A DNA stretch of 64,000 bases from an uncultured Chloroflexia bacterium (GTDB lineage Bacteria > Chloroflexota > Limnocylindria > Limnocylindrales > CSP1-4): NCBI GenBank assembly GCA_963813535.1, contig CAWEZH010000003.1, positions 32,001-96,000 on the forward strand, written 5' to 3'. A model generated the notes under the pieces. The model made no database searches. It was not told the DNA's origin and was given only the letters and a program-made list of their open reading frames with translations. The number at the start of each line of letters is the position of its first letter. Positions within the stretch are counted from its first letter, which is position 1. Both the position numbers and the translations under genes were made by a program. This document shows, one piece after another, positions 29,355 through 37,350 of the stretch.

Positions 29355-29531
29355 TCGAAATTCGGTTTCGATCGGTTCGGTATTCGGTTGTTCTTCGGTT
29401 GTTCTTCAGTTGGAGCGGTGACGGACCACCGTCCGGTAAAGTTTGCCGGCTCCGTCGTCACCCGACATCCCGCCGGAGGATCGACGCGTCGCCGGTCGAT
29501 GGTCTCGATGTCCGGCGGTCCGCTTCTTGCT
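29305..29531 (-). ncRNA. Candidate ~230-nt structured small RNA with ACCGA repeats
   Basis: TACTGT -10 at 29543-29538, 5' stems (GACATC/GATGTC, GGAGC/GCTCC, GACGG/CCGTC), an A-rich tract with five ACCGA copies, and a 3' terminator. No convincing ORF. Orientation is inferred. Confidence 0.45.
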
Positions 29532-29588
29532 GACCGCACAGTAGGTGCGTCACTGCAATGCGCCACCCGACGCCCGACATGAACCAGC

Positions 29589-29604
29589 ATGGACATTTGT
29601 CCAT
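29589..29604. promoter_or_regulatory. Palindromic operator ATGGACA-TT-TGTCCAT
   Basis: Perfect 7-bp arms overlapping the CATACT -10 of the DUF4112 gene. A near copy lies at 35525. Confidence 0.55.
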
Positions 29605-29613
29605 ACTCGACTA

Positions 29614-30114
29614 ATGGCTGTGCACGGCGATGTCATCGGTCTCTCGCGCCGCGAACGATTCGGGGCAGCCGAGCGACGCATCGGACGCGTCACGAAGGTC
29701 CTCGACGAACTCTTCGAGGTACCGGGGACGTCGTTCAAGGTCGGCCTCGACCCGATCATCGGGCTGATCCCGGTCGCGGGCGATGCGGTCGCCGCGCTGG
29801 TCGGCGGCTGGGTGATCCTCGAGGCGGCGCGCTTCGGTATCCCGCGGATCGTCCTGGCCAGGATGGTGCTCAACCTGTCCGTCGACCTCGCCATCGGCCT
29901 GATCCCACTGATCGGCGACCTGACCGACTTCGTCTTCACGTCGAACTCGCGGAACCTCGACCTGTTCCGTCGCCATGCCCTCGACCCGGAGTCGTCGACC
30001 CGCGGTCAGCAGGCCCTGTTCGTCGGCCTGGCGCTATTGATCGTCGGGATCATCTGGCTGATCGTGAGGGCGGTCGGCGCGTTCCTCGGCGCGTTGGGGA
30101 GCGTCCGCCTCTAG
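29614..30114 (+). CDS. DUF4112 domain membrane protein
   Basis: LDELFEVPGTSFKVGLDPIIGLIPVAGD, RMVLN and IPLIGDLTDFVFTSNSRN. Confidence 0.9.
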   Translation: MAVHGDVIGLSRRERFGAAERRIGRVTKVLDELFEVPGTSFKVGLDPIIGLIPVAGDAVAALVGGWVILEAARFGIPRIVLARMVLNLSVDLAIGLIPLIGDLTDFVFTSNSRNLDLFRRHALDPESSTRGQQALFVGLALLIVGIIWLIVRAVGAFLGALGSVRL

Positions 30115-30130
30115 GCGCCGCCCGCGCGTC

Positions 30131-31108
30131 CTACCCCGTCGAAGCGATACGGGGCACATTCGACGAGGCAGCCTTCTCCTCGAAGCGGCGAGCGGCCTCG
30201 TCGAGCTTGACGAGATGCTCAGCCAGCCGCCGGCGGGCGTCCTCCGCGGCCGCGTCGAGTCCCTCGAGCTCGAAGATCCTCCAGTGGCGAAGGATCGGCA
30301 TGATGACCTCGTCGTGGTGGACGCGCAGGTCGTAGATGCCGGCCTTGGCGATCTGCGCCGCCTTCCGGATGAACCCTGGGATGCTCGCTCCGGGCATCTC
30401 GAACGCGAGCACCTCGTCGACGATCGCGCGGACCGCAGCCGACGGCTGCACCTTCAGGGCAGCCCCGAGGATGTCGCGGTAGAACACCATGTGCAGGTTC
30501 TCGTCGGCGGCGATACGGACCATGATCTTGTCGGCCACCGGGTCCGACGAGTAACGCCCCGTATTGCGATGGGCGATGCGCGTCGCGAGCTCCTGGAAGG
30601 CGACGTAGGCGAGGCCGCGCAACGTGCTCGGCGCGGCATGGTCGTAGCCCTGTTGGAGTTGCGTCATGCGACCGCGCTCCAGGGCGACCGGGTCGATGTT
30701 CCGGGTGACCGTCAGGTAGTCCCGCAGGACGATCGCGTGGCGGCCTTCTTCCGCCGTCCAGCGACCGACCCAGTTGATCCATGCCCCATCGCCCTTGCCG
30801 AACATCCCGTGGATCAGCCGGTGGTACGAGGGCAGGTTGTCCTCGGTCAGGAGCCCGATCTCGAACGCCGTCTGGGCGACGCCCGTGAGCCGCGGCTGGT
30901 CGGGCGTCCAGGGCTCCTTGTCGAAGTCACGACCGAGCCGGTACGGGATGTAGTCGTGCGGGAACCACTCCTGCGCGACCTTGGCGTGCCGATCGAACAG
31001 GCGACCGGCCTCGGGCTCGAGCTCGACGAGCAGCGCCCGGTCGGCCTCCAGCGCTTCGTTGGGATCGAGCTTCTGGCCAGGCTCGAGGCGTCGGGTCGTA
31101 TCGGTCAC
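30131..31108 (-). CDS. Acyl-ACP desaturase (DesA1-like diiron enzyme)
   Basis: Motifs EWFPHDYIP, LLTEDNLPSYH, WTAEEGRH, FQELAT and DENLH. AGGAG RBS with GTG start. Confidence 0.92.
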   Translation of the reverse strand: MTDTTRRLEPGQKLDPNEALEADRALLVELEPEAGRLFDRHAKVAQEWFPHDYIPYRLGRDFDKEPWTPDQPRLTGVAQTAFEIGLLTEDNLPSYHRLIHGMFGKGDGAWINWVGRWTAEEGRHAIVLRDYLTVTRNIDPVALERGRMTQLQQGYDHAAPSTLRGLAYVAFQELATRIAHRNTGRYSSDPVADKIMVRIAADENLHMVFYRDILGAALKVQPSAAVRAIVDEVLAFEMPGASIPGFIRKAAQIAKAGIYDLRVHHDEVIMPILRHWRIFELEGLDAAAEDARRRLAEHLVKLDEAARRFEEKAASSNVPRIASTG

Positions 31109-31223
31109 GTGGTCTCCTGCGCGCGGTCGTGTGCGGTCATCCGGAGCGTACCCGCTCACCTGCCGGCGGCCGCCGAGACCGATGCGCTCCTGCACACGTC
31201 GGCACGACGGTAGACTCCGCCGG

Positions 31224-32009
31224 ATGCCCGAACCGCGTCGCGTCACCGCGACCCGCTATGTGACACCCCTGCGCGAAGGCGGATCGTTGCCGGGACTCGT
31301 CGAGGCGAACGATGACGGCCTCTACGTCGTGAAGTTCTATGGCGCAGGGCAGGGACCGCGCGCGCTCGTCGCGGAGTGGCTCGCCGGCGAGCTCGCGCGG
31401 GCCGTCGGGCTGGCCGTGCCCGACCTCGTCCTGATCGACGTCGACCCGGGCCTTGGCGATGCCGAGCCCGATGAGGAATTGCAGGATCTCGTGCACCGCA
31501 GCGGTGGTCTCAACCTCGGGCTCGACTTCCTGCCTGGTGCCCTGATGTTCAATCCCGCCGCCGACCCCGACGTCGATCCCGACACGGCCGCGGACATCGT
31601 CTGGCTCGACGCCTTCGTGACCAATCCGGACCGGACCGCGGCCAACCCGAACCTGCTCGTGTGGCACGGTCGGACGTGGCTGATCGACCATGGCGCCGCG
31701 CTCTACATCCACCACACGTGGCGTGATCCGGACGCCCACGCCGAGGGCGCCTTCGAGCGCATCCGCGATCACGTGCTCCTGCCGTTCGCCCGTTCGATCG
31801 CGGACGCCGATGATCGTCTGGCGCCACGACTCGTGTCCGGGGTGTTCGAGGGTCTGGCCGCGGCGATCCCGGAGACGTGGTTGCCGGATGCCGACGGTGT
31901 CGGGTCGGCCCCCGCCCAGAGGGACGCGTACGTGCGCTACCTCGAGCGCCGACTGGCAGCGCGAGCCCGGTTCGTGGAGGAGGCCGACCGTGCCCGACGC
32001 GCCGCGTAA
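31224..32009 (+). CDS. HipA-like kinase
   Basis: LREGGSLPG, YVVKF, NPDRTAANPN and WLIDHG. A TAGACT -10 lies 7 nt before the ATG. Confidence 0.88.
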   Translation: MPEPRRVTATRYVTPLREGGSLPGLVEANDDGLYVVKFYGAGQGPRALVAEWLAGELARAVGLAVPDLVLIDVDPGLGDAEPDEELQDLVHRSGGLNLGLDFLPGALMFNPAADPDVDPDTAADIVWLDAFVTNPDRTAANPNLLVWHGRTWLIDHGAALYIHHTWRDPDAHAEGAFERIRDHVLLPFARSIADADDRLAPRLVSGVFEGLAAAIPETWLPDADGVGSAPAQRDAYVRYLERRLAARARFVEEADRARRAA

Positions 32010-32379
32010 TCCCTATCAGTACGCGATCATCCGCGTCGTCCCCCACGTCGAGCGCGGGGAGACGGTCAACGCCGGCGTCGTGTTGCTGTGCCGGTCGACC
32101 GACTTCGTCGGGGCGCGGACGTCAGTCGACGAGGGGCGCCTTCGGGCGATCGCCCCCGACGCCGACATCGCCTCGATCGAGCGTCACCTCGAGGCCATCG
32201 AGCGGATCGCCCAGGGTGATGCCCGTGGGGGTCCGATCGCTCGCCTGACCACGGCGGAGCGCTTCCACTGGCTGGTGGCGCCGGCCAGCACGATCATCCA
32301 GCCGTCGGAGGTGCATACCGGGTTGACGGACGATCCGGCCCTCGAGCTGGATCGACTCTTCGACGCGCTCGTCCGCTGA
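31990..32379 (+). CDS. DUF3037 domain protein
   Basis: YQYAIIRVVPHVERGETVNAGVVL and RFHWLVAPASTIIQPSEVHTG. Overlaps the end of the kinase gene. Confidence 0.9.
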   Translation: MPDAPRNPYQYAIIRVVPHVERGETVNAGVVLLCRSTDFVGARTSVDEGRLRAIAPDADIASIERHLEAIERIAQGDARGGPIARLTTAERFHWLVAPASTIIQPSEVHTGLTDDPALELDRLFDALVR

Positions 32380-32390
32380 GGTCGGGGGCC

Positions 32391-33002
32391 TCAGGCGGCC
32401 CCGACGGTCATCTGCGCCGAGCGGAGCGCGTCGTGCAGTGTCTCGCCGTCGCCGGGACTCGCGGCGGCGCCGACCAGCCGGAGCTCTGCGCCGAGTCGCC
32501 CGACGACCTTCTCGGCACAGGCATCACGCACGCGCTCGAGCAGCGCCTTGGCTTCGGCCTCCTCCGTCTCGGGCAAGAGGAGATGGAAGCGATCGGCGGC
32601 AGCTCGGGTCACGCGATCGGTCTCACGCGCATGCTCGCGGACGATCTCGCCGACCCGTGACGCGAGCCGGTCTTCGCTACCGGGTGGCGACAGGCGCAGA
32701 CGGATGACGACGATGCTCGCTGGCCGACCATAGCGGGCCAGCCGGGCATCCTCGTGGCGCAACGCGATGTCCCAGTCCGGCCGGGTGTCGAGCGGGATGG
32801 GACTGCGGACGTCGTCCAACGGGATCGGTCGTGGCGCCCGCCGCGTCGTCCGTCGTGCCGTGGTCGGCGGTCCGTCGAGGAAGGCCTCGATCACCTCGCC
32901 GACGCGCTCATCGTGGTGGTCCGTCGGGAGGACGAACCGGGTCCGGCTCGCACGCGGCGTGCGCCGACGTACTGGCGGCGTGTCGTCCGGGAGTTCGGCC
33001 AT
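32391..33002 (-). CDS. Stand-alone degenerate GGDEF-like domain protein
   Basis: EDARLARYGRPASIVVI and RETDRVTRAAADRFHLLLPET, with AADRF in place of GGDEF. Confidence 0.7.
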   Translation of the reverse strand: MAELPDDTPPVRRRTPRASRTRFVLPTDHHDERVGEVIEAFLDGPPTTARRTTRRAPRPIPLDDVRSPIPLDTRPDWDIALRHEDARLARYGRPASIVVIRLRLSPPGSEDRLASRVGEIVREHARETDRVTRAAADRFHLLLPETEEAEAKALLERVRDACAEKVVGRLGAELRLVGAAASPGDGETLHDALRSAQMTVGAA

Positions 33003-33060
33003 GGGGGACCCCAAGTCTAGTCCGACCGGCCGGATCCGGCGGGGAGTCCGCGTCGTCTGG

Positions 33061-34611
33061 CTAGACGCTGACCGCGAGAGATGACCTGGAGAAGCGCCTG
33101 GCTGCCGGAGCGTATTCCGCCCACGCGTCGGCCAGCCGATCGACCGCCTCGACGAGTCGCGCCGGCTCGGCGCCGTAGGCGATCCGGATGTGGTCGCGGA
33201 AGCCACCGTCCGGCGAGGCCAGTGGGCCAGGACGGACGATCACGCCGTGTCGGGCAGCGAGGCGGGTGAACTGGACCGCATCGGCGTCGGGCAGGCCGAC
33301 CCACAGCGAGAGACCGCCCTCCGGCGTGGACCACTGCCACTCGGGCAGCCTGGTGGCGAGGGCGTCGGTGACGATGGTCCGCCGTTCGGCGGCGGCGGCA
33401 CGGGTCCAGGTCACGACGTCGTCGATGCGGTCGAAGACGCGGGCAGCGATGGCCTGGGTGATCAGGCTCGTCGCGTGGTCGGCGACGATCTTGCCGGCGA
33501 CCAAGCGGTCGATGTCGGCGCGCGGCGCCCGGATCCAGCCGATGCGCAACCCGCCCCACGCGAGCTTGCTCAGCGATCCGAGCGTGATGACCCTGTCGCC
33601 CGGGTCGAAGGCGGCGATCGGCGGCGGCGCATCGACCCCGAGGCTGGTATCGGGCGTCAGGTCCTCGACGACCTGGAAGCCAAACTCGGCGGCCGCTGTT
33701 CCCAGGTCGCGGCGTCGCGCCTCCGGCATCGTCGCGCCGGTGGGGTTGTGGTACGTCGGCACGACATAGGCAAGCCGCACCGGTGCGTTGGCGGCGAGGA
33801 GCCTCGCGACGTCGATCCGTGGCCCGTCGGCATCGACCGGCATCGGCATGAGGCGATTGCCGGTGGTGCGAAAGGCATCGATCGCCCCGATGTAGGTCGG
33901 GTTCTCCAGCACCACCGCGCTGCCGGGGCCGCCGATCTGCGACGCCACGAGGTGGACCGCCTGCTGGGCGCCGTTGGTGACGAGGATCTGGTCCGGGTCG
34001 GTCGCGACGCCCAGCCGGTCGAGGTAGCCAGCGATCGCCACCCGGAGGCGGGGGAGGCCGAACGGGTCGTAGCCCATCTCGCCAAGGAGCTCGGGGACGT
34101 CATCGCGGAGGGCCGTCTCGACACAGGCTGCGACGGTCGGACCGGCAGGCAAGGCGCCGATCGTCAGCTGGATCGCATCGGAGTGCTCGGCGCCGGCGAG
34201 CCCCGTCGACCACGCCGGCGGCTCGGACATGCGCAACGGGACTTCGGTGTCGGTCTCCTCGGCCGGTGTCGGTGTCAACGCGAACAGCCCGGGACGACGG
34301 GCGGCTACGCGCGTGCCGCTGCCCTGCCGGCTGCGTGCCAGGCCCGCCAGCCGGAGCCGGTCGTAGGCGGCGACGATGGTCGTCCGGCTGAGGGACAGCT
34401 CCCGGGCCAGTTCGCGCTCGGCCGGGAGACGCGTGCCGGGTGGGAGCAGGCCGACTTCGATGGCCCGGGTCAGGGCGTCGGCAAGCTGTTCGTTCAGCGG
34501 GTCGGCGCCGTCCGCCCAGGGTCCGATCAACTCGACCAGTCCAGCGGCGGAGACCATCGAATGCTTTTTCAGTCCATTTGAGGGTGATTGGCTATTTGGG
34601 TCGTCTGTCAT
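33061..34611 (-). CDS. MocR/GabR family transcriptional regulator (second copy)
   Basis: LPAERELARELSLSRTTIVAAYDRL, TNGAQQA, PTYHNPTG and GSLSKLAWGGLRIGW. Start is ATG 34611 or 34558. Confidence 0.92.
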   Translation of the reverse strand: MTDDPNSQSPSNGLKKHSMVSAAGLVELIGPWADGADPLNEQLADALTRAIEVGLLPPGTRLPAERELARELSLSRTTIVAAYDRLRLAGLARSRQGSGTRVAARRPGLFALTPTPAEETDTEVPLRMSEPPAWSTGLAGAEHSDAIQLTIGALPAGPTVAACVETALRDDVPELLGEMGYDPFGLPRLRVAIAGYLDRLGVATDPDQILVTNGAQQAVHLVASQIGGPGSAVVLENPTYIGAIDAFRTTGNRLMPMPVDADGPRIDVARLLAANAPVRLAYVVPTYHNPTGATMPEARRRDLGTAAAEFGFQVVEDLTPDTSLGVDAPPPIAAFDPGDRVITLGSLSKLAWGGLRIGWIRAPRADIDRLVAGKIVADHATSLITQAIAARVFDRIDDVVTWTRAAAAERRTIVTDALATRLPEWQWSTPEGGLSLWVGLPDADAVQFTRLAARHGVIVRPGPLASPDGGFRDHIRIAYGAEPARLVEAVDRLADAWAEYAPAARRFSRSSLAVSV

Positions 34612-34633
34612 CGGTGCCAATATCGGGCAAACA

Positions 34634-34680
34634 GCAGTCCAATGTCAAGGTGGACTGCGAAGAAATTGTTTCGAATGGAC
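34634..34680. promoter_or_regulatory. Putative MocR operator
   Basis: Perfect inverted repeat GCAGTCCA-N9-TGGACTGC (34634-34658), plus TGGAC at 34676 and GTCCA at 34572. Confidence 0.65.
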
Positions 34681-34694
34681 CGGAAAGGATGACG

Positions 34695-34841
34695 ATGAGC
34701 ATGGACATCGGGATGGCAGCGATGACGGCGATCGTCCTCATCGGTCCGTTCCTTGCGCTCGCGCTCGCGGCGCTCCGATTCGGCGCCGACTCGCGCCCCG
34801 GCATCGACGACCGCGACCAGCGGCCATGGATGGTCGGCTGA
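34695..34841 (+). CDS. 48-aa single-TM micropeptide (GxDSR motif), divergent from MocR regulator
   Basis: AAAGGA RBS followed by MSMDIGMAAMTAIVLIGPFLALALAALRFGADSRPGIDDRDQRPWMVG*. It has its own terminator and is homologous to 9219-9347. Confidence 0.78.
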   Translation: MSMDIGMAAMTAIVLIGPFLALALAALRFGADSRPGIDDRDQRPWMVG

Positions 34842-34863
34842 CGACGAACCTCCCGCGCAGGCG

Positions 34864-34900
34864 AACGACCCCGGCCTCTCGCCGGGGTCGTTTCGTGTCT
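34864..34900 (+). terminator. Intrinsic terminator
   Basis: AACGACCCCGGC-CTCTC-GCCGGGGTCGTT followed by TCGTGTCT. Confidence 0.8.
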
Positions 34901-34921
34901 GGCGGGGAAGTCGCGAAGCCG

Positions 34922-35491
34922 TCAGCCCTTGGCGGCCCGCAGCTCGGCCTTGTGCGCGCGTTTGCCGGCCTGGTAGGACGCCAGCGCCTCGGGTGAATTG
35001 ACGTCGCCCAGGGTCGGATGCGTGGGCATGACGTCAGCCATCCCCGGCAGGTCGACGGCGAGCCGCTTGCCGAGGATCGCGATCATGCCCTTCGCCTTCA
35101 TCTCGCCGATGCCCGGCAGGCCCAGCAACCGCCGCTCGAGGTCGCGTCCATCGGTCGCGTCGGTCCAGATCCGGCTGGCGTCGTTGCCGTAGTCGCCGGC
35201 GATGGCGGCGGCGAGCTGCTGGACCTTGCCGGCCATGGCGCCGGGGAAGCGGTGCAGTGCCGGCCTCTCGCGGAAGACCGCGTCGAGCGTGGCGGGGTCG
35301 GTGGCGGCGATGCGTGCCGCGTCAAGATGGCCGAGTCGGCGCTTGAGCTCGAGCGGGCCGCTGAACGCCTTCTGCACGGTCACCTGTTGATCGAGCGCGA
35401 AGCCGATGAGCAGCGCCAGGGGTTCTTCGACCAGGAGTCGATCGGCCTCGTCGTCCCCGGTGAATGGGAGTCGATCGATCGGGGCAGTCAT
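34922..35491 (-). CDS. HhH-GPD-type base excision repair family protein
   Basis: LLIGFALDQQVTVQKAFSGP, PALHRFPGAMA and the LPGIGEMKA HhH motif. A TACCAT -10 lies 6 nt before the ATG. Confidence 0.88.
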   Translation of the reverse strand: MTAPIDRLPFTGDDEADRLLVEEPLALLIGFALDQQVTVQKAFSGPLELKRRLGHLDAARIAATDPATLDAVFRERPALHRFPGAMAGKVQQLAAAIAGDYGNDASRIWTDATDGRDLERRLLGLPGIGEMKAKGMIAILGKRLAVDLPGMADVMPTHPTLGDVNSPEALASYQAGKRAHKAELRAAKG

Positions 35492-35524
35492 GACCGCATG
35501 GTAGTGGACGGCGTCCGGAGTCCC

Positions 35525-35540
35525 GTCGACAAATGTCCAC
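35525..35540. promoter_or_regulatory. Near-palindrome GTCGACAAATGTCCAC
   Basis: Shares GACAAATGTCCA (12/12) with the reverse complement of the 29589 palindrome. Lies at the -35 of the HhH-GPD gene. Confidence 0.45.
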
Positions 35541-35641
35541 ACGGGTTCGCCACGGACGTCAGCAGCCGTGGCCGCCTCGATGGCCGGAGGATAGGCGCAG
35601 CCCGACCGACGGTGGTCGGGGATGAGGAAAGGAGACCGACG

Positions 35642-35758
35642 ATGGCCTCGACCCCGATGGTCCGGGCAGACGCCTATGGGCTCCTGCCCTCGATCTTGAT
35701 CCTGTTGATGTTGATCCTCGCGAGCCTCGGGATCGTGGCCCACGCCGCGACGCTCTAG
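35642..35758 (+). CDS. 38-aa hydrophobic micropeptide
   Basis: Strong GAAAGGAG RBS followed by MASTPMVRADAYGLLPSILILLMLILASLGIVAHAATL*, flanked by hairpins. Confidence 0.6.
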   Translation: MASTPMVRADAYGLLPSILILLMLILASLGIVAHAATL

Positions 35759-35936
35759 CCCCTCCGGATCGAGACCAACTCAGGGCGGCCGCGGGCCGTC
35801 CGTCCCGGCCCCGGTCGACGTGCCCCCCGCGTCGCGCCGGGGCCTCCGCATGTCGTCTCGGGCGTGGCCTGGTACGTCCCGGGAATCGTGAGGCCCGGCG
35901 TCTGCCGGGCCTCAGGTAGGTGTCAGCGAGTGACGT

Positions 35937-36785
35937 TCAGCTTCCGGCCCGCCACTGGCTGGCCGTCAGGCCAAGGTTGCCGATGACGGATCGCCAGTAC
36001 TTGCCGGACTTGGGCGGATCCATGTGCGCCTTCGCCCACGTGGTTCGCCTCGACGAGAACCAGAAGTCGCGTGCCCCGCTCGCGCTCGGGCTCGACATCA
36101 GGACCTGGTTCATGTTCCGGTTCGTGGTGAACAGCGACCGGATCTGGGGCGTGACGCTGTTGATCGCCTCGGCGAAGACAGCCTTAGCCCCGGCCCGCAG
36201 GAAGCCGGCACCGTAGTTGTCGACGCGCTTGATGGCGGTCGACCGCGTCGGATTCGCCGAGCCCCATTCCGAGTTGCCCGATGCGTAGCACAGGCGGTTG
36301 AGGATCACGACCGCGTTCTTCGCCATCTGGATGTCGCGGTCGATGTAGAACTCGCCCCAGTACTTGACGTTGTAATTGCCGTGGCCCGAGCTGGCGTTCA
36401 GGCCCATCCCGTCCTTCGTATAGCGCTGGAACGCGCCGTACGGGCTGGGATAGCCGTTGCCATGACCCAGGTAGATCAGGAGGTTCGCCCCACGTGCCGC
36501 TGCCTTGACCCTGGTCCAGGTGGCATATGGGCTGTAGAGCTCGGTGACGGAAGCTCCGTACGAGCGGGCGAGCTTGGCATACACGCGCGCGCTGTCGCGG
36601 TATTTGGCGGTGCTCGAGCCTGCAGGACCGACCACGACGACGACCTTGATGCTGGCCGCTCGGGTCTCCTGCGGAACCGCCAACGTGCCAAGACCGGCAA
36701 CGACGACGGCGATGAGTGCAGTGACGATCACGCGATGAGATCGCTGGATGGACGCCCGCTGGGCGCCGTCTGGACGAACTGGCAA
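35937..36785 (-). CDS. Secreted basic hypothetical protein
   Basis: GAGGAGG RBS with TTG start, signal peptide, and motif-like blocks KVVVVVGP, IYLGHGNGYPSPY and LNRLCYASGNSE. Confidence 0.72.
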   Translation of the reverse strand: MPVRPDGAQRASIQRSHRVIVTALIAVVVAGLGTLAVPQETRAASIKVVVVVGPAGSSTAKYRDSARVYAKLARSYGASVTELYSPYATWTRVKAAARGANLLIYLGHGNGYPSPYGAFQRYTKDGMGLNASSGHGNYNVKYWGEFYIDRDIQMAKNAVVILNRLCYASGNSEWGSANPTRSTAIKRVDNYGAGFLRAGAKAVFAEAINSVTPQIRSLFTTNRNMNQVLMSSPSASGARDFWFSSRRTTWAKAHMDPPKSGKYWRSVIGNLGLTASQWRAGS

Positions 36786-37350
36786 GATCCTTGCCTCCTC
36801 TCTTCCGGAACATCGCGTGGGGGACGCGATGACGGTGATGTGGGCCGCCGACGGCAGGAAGGCGAGGCGCGGGGGATGGGGGCATGCCATCGACCACCGC
36901 GGTGAGCGCGGTGCCGACGACGGGTCCACGTCCGCGGGGGGTGCGACGTGGCGGTCGGGTACGGAACCCGACGGTGACAGGAGTCCTGCCGTGGGGGCGG
37001 CGAGTCTTCTGTTGGGCCTGTCTAGTGGGGGCTTGGGCGCCTGGGCCTGGACCGGCAGTATGGCAGCCGGGTCCAGCGGTCGTCCGCAGCCAGAGGTCCT
37101 ATCGCGGCCCGAGACGGGTGAACCGGGTCGGTTTCCGGTGCCCCGGCGCACCATCCACGGCGCGGATCGGCCGATACGACGACGTCGGTCGGCTGTCGAC
37201 CTGCCGTATCGGGTCGGAGGTCGGCGACGGATATCGGCTATGCTCCGGTCGGCCGACGGGCGGCTGCGCGAAGGCGCGCACGGCCGGCGCCACCGTCGTG
37301 CTCCCGCGGATCCCGCCAGCCGACGGCCAGATCCATGCAGGAGCTGCTAC

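Noticed and set aside
29406-29580. Short minus-strand ORFs (20 and 40 aa) in the sRNA candidate region
   Set aside because: Neither has an SD or leaderless geometry, and neither has recognisable composition. A leader-peptide role cannot be fully excluded.
36748-37350. 200-aa N-terminal extension of the DEAD-box helicase
   Set aside because: An RBS and TTG at 37351 precede the Q motif. The upstream part overlaps the structured leader of the divergent gene.
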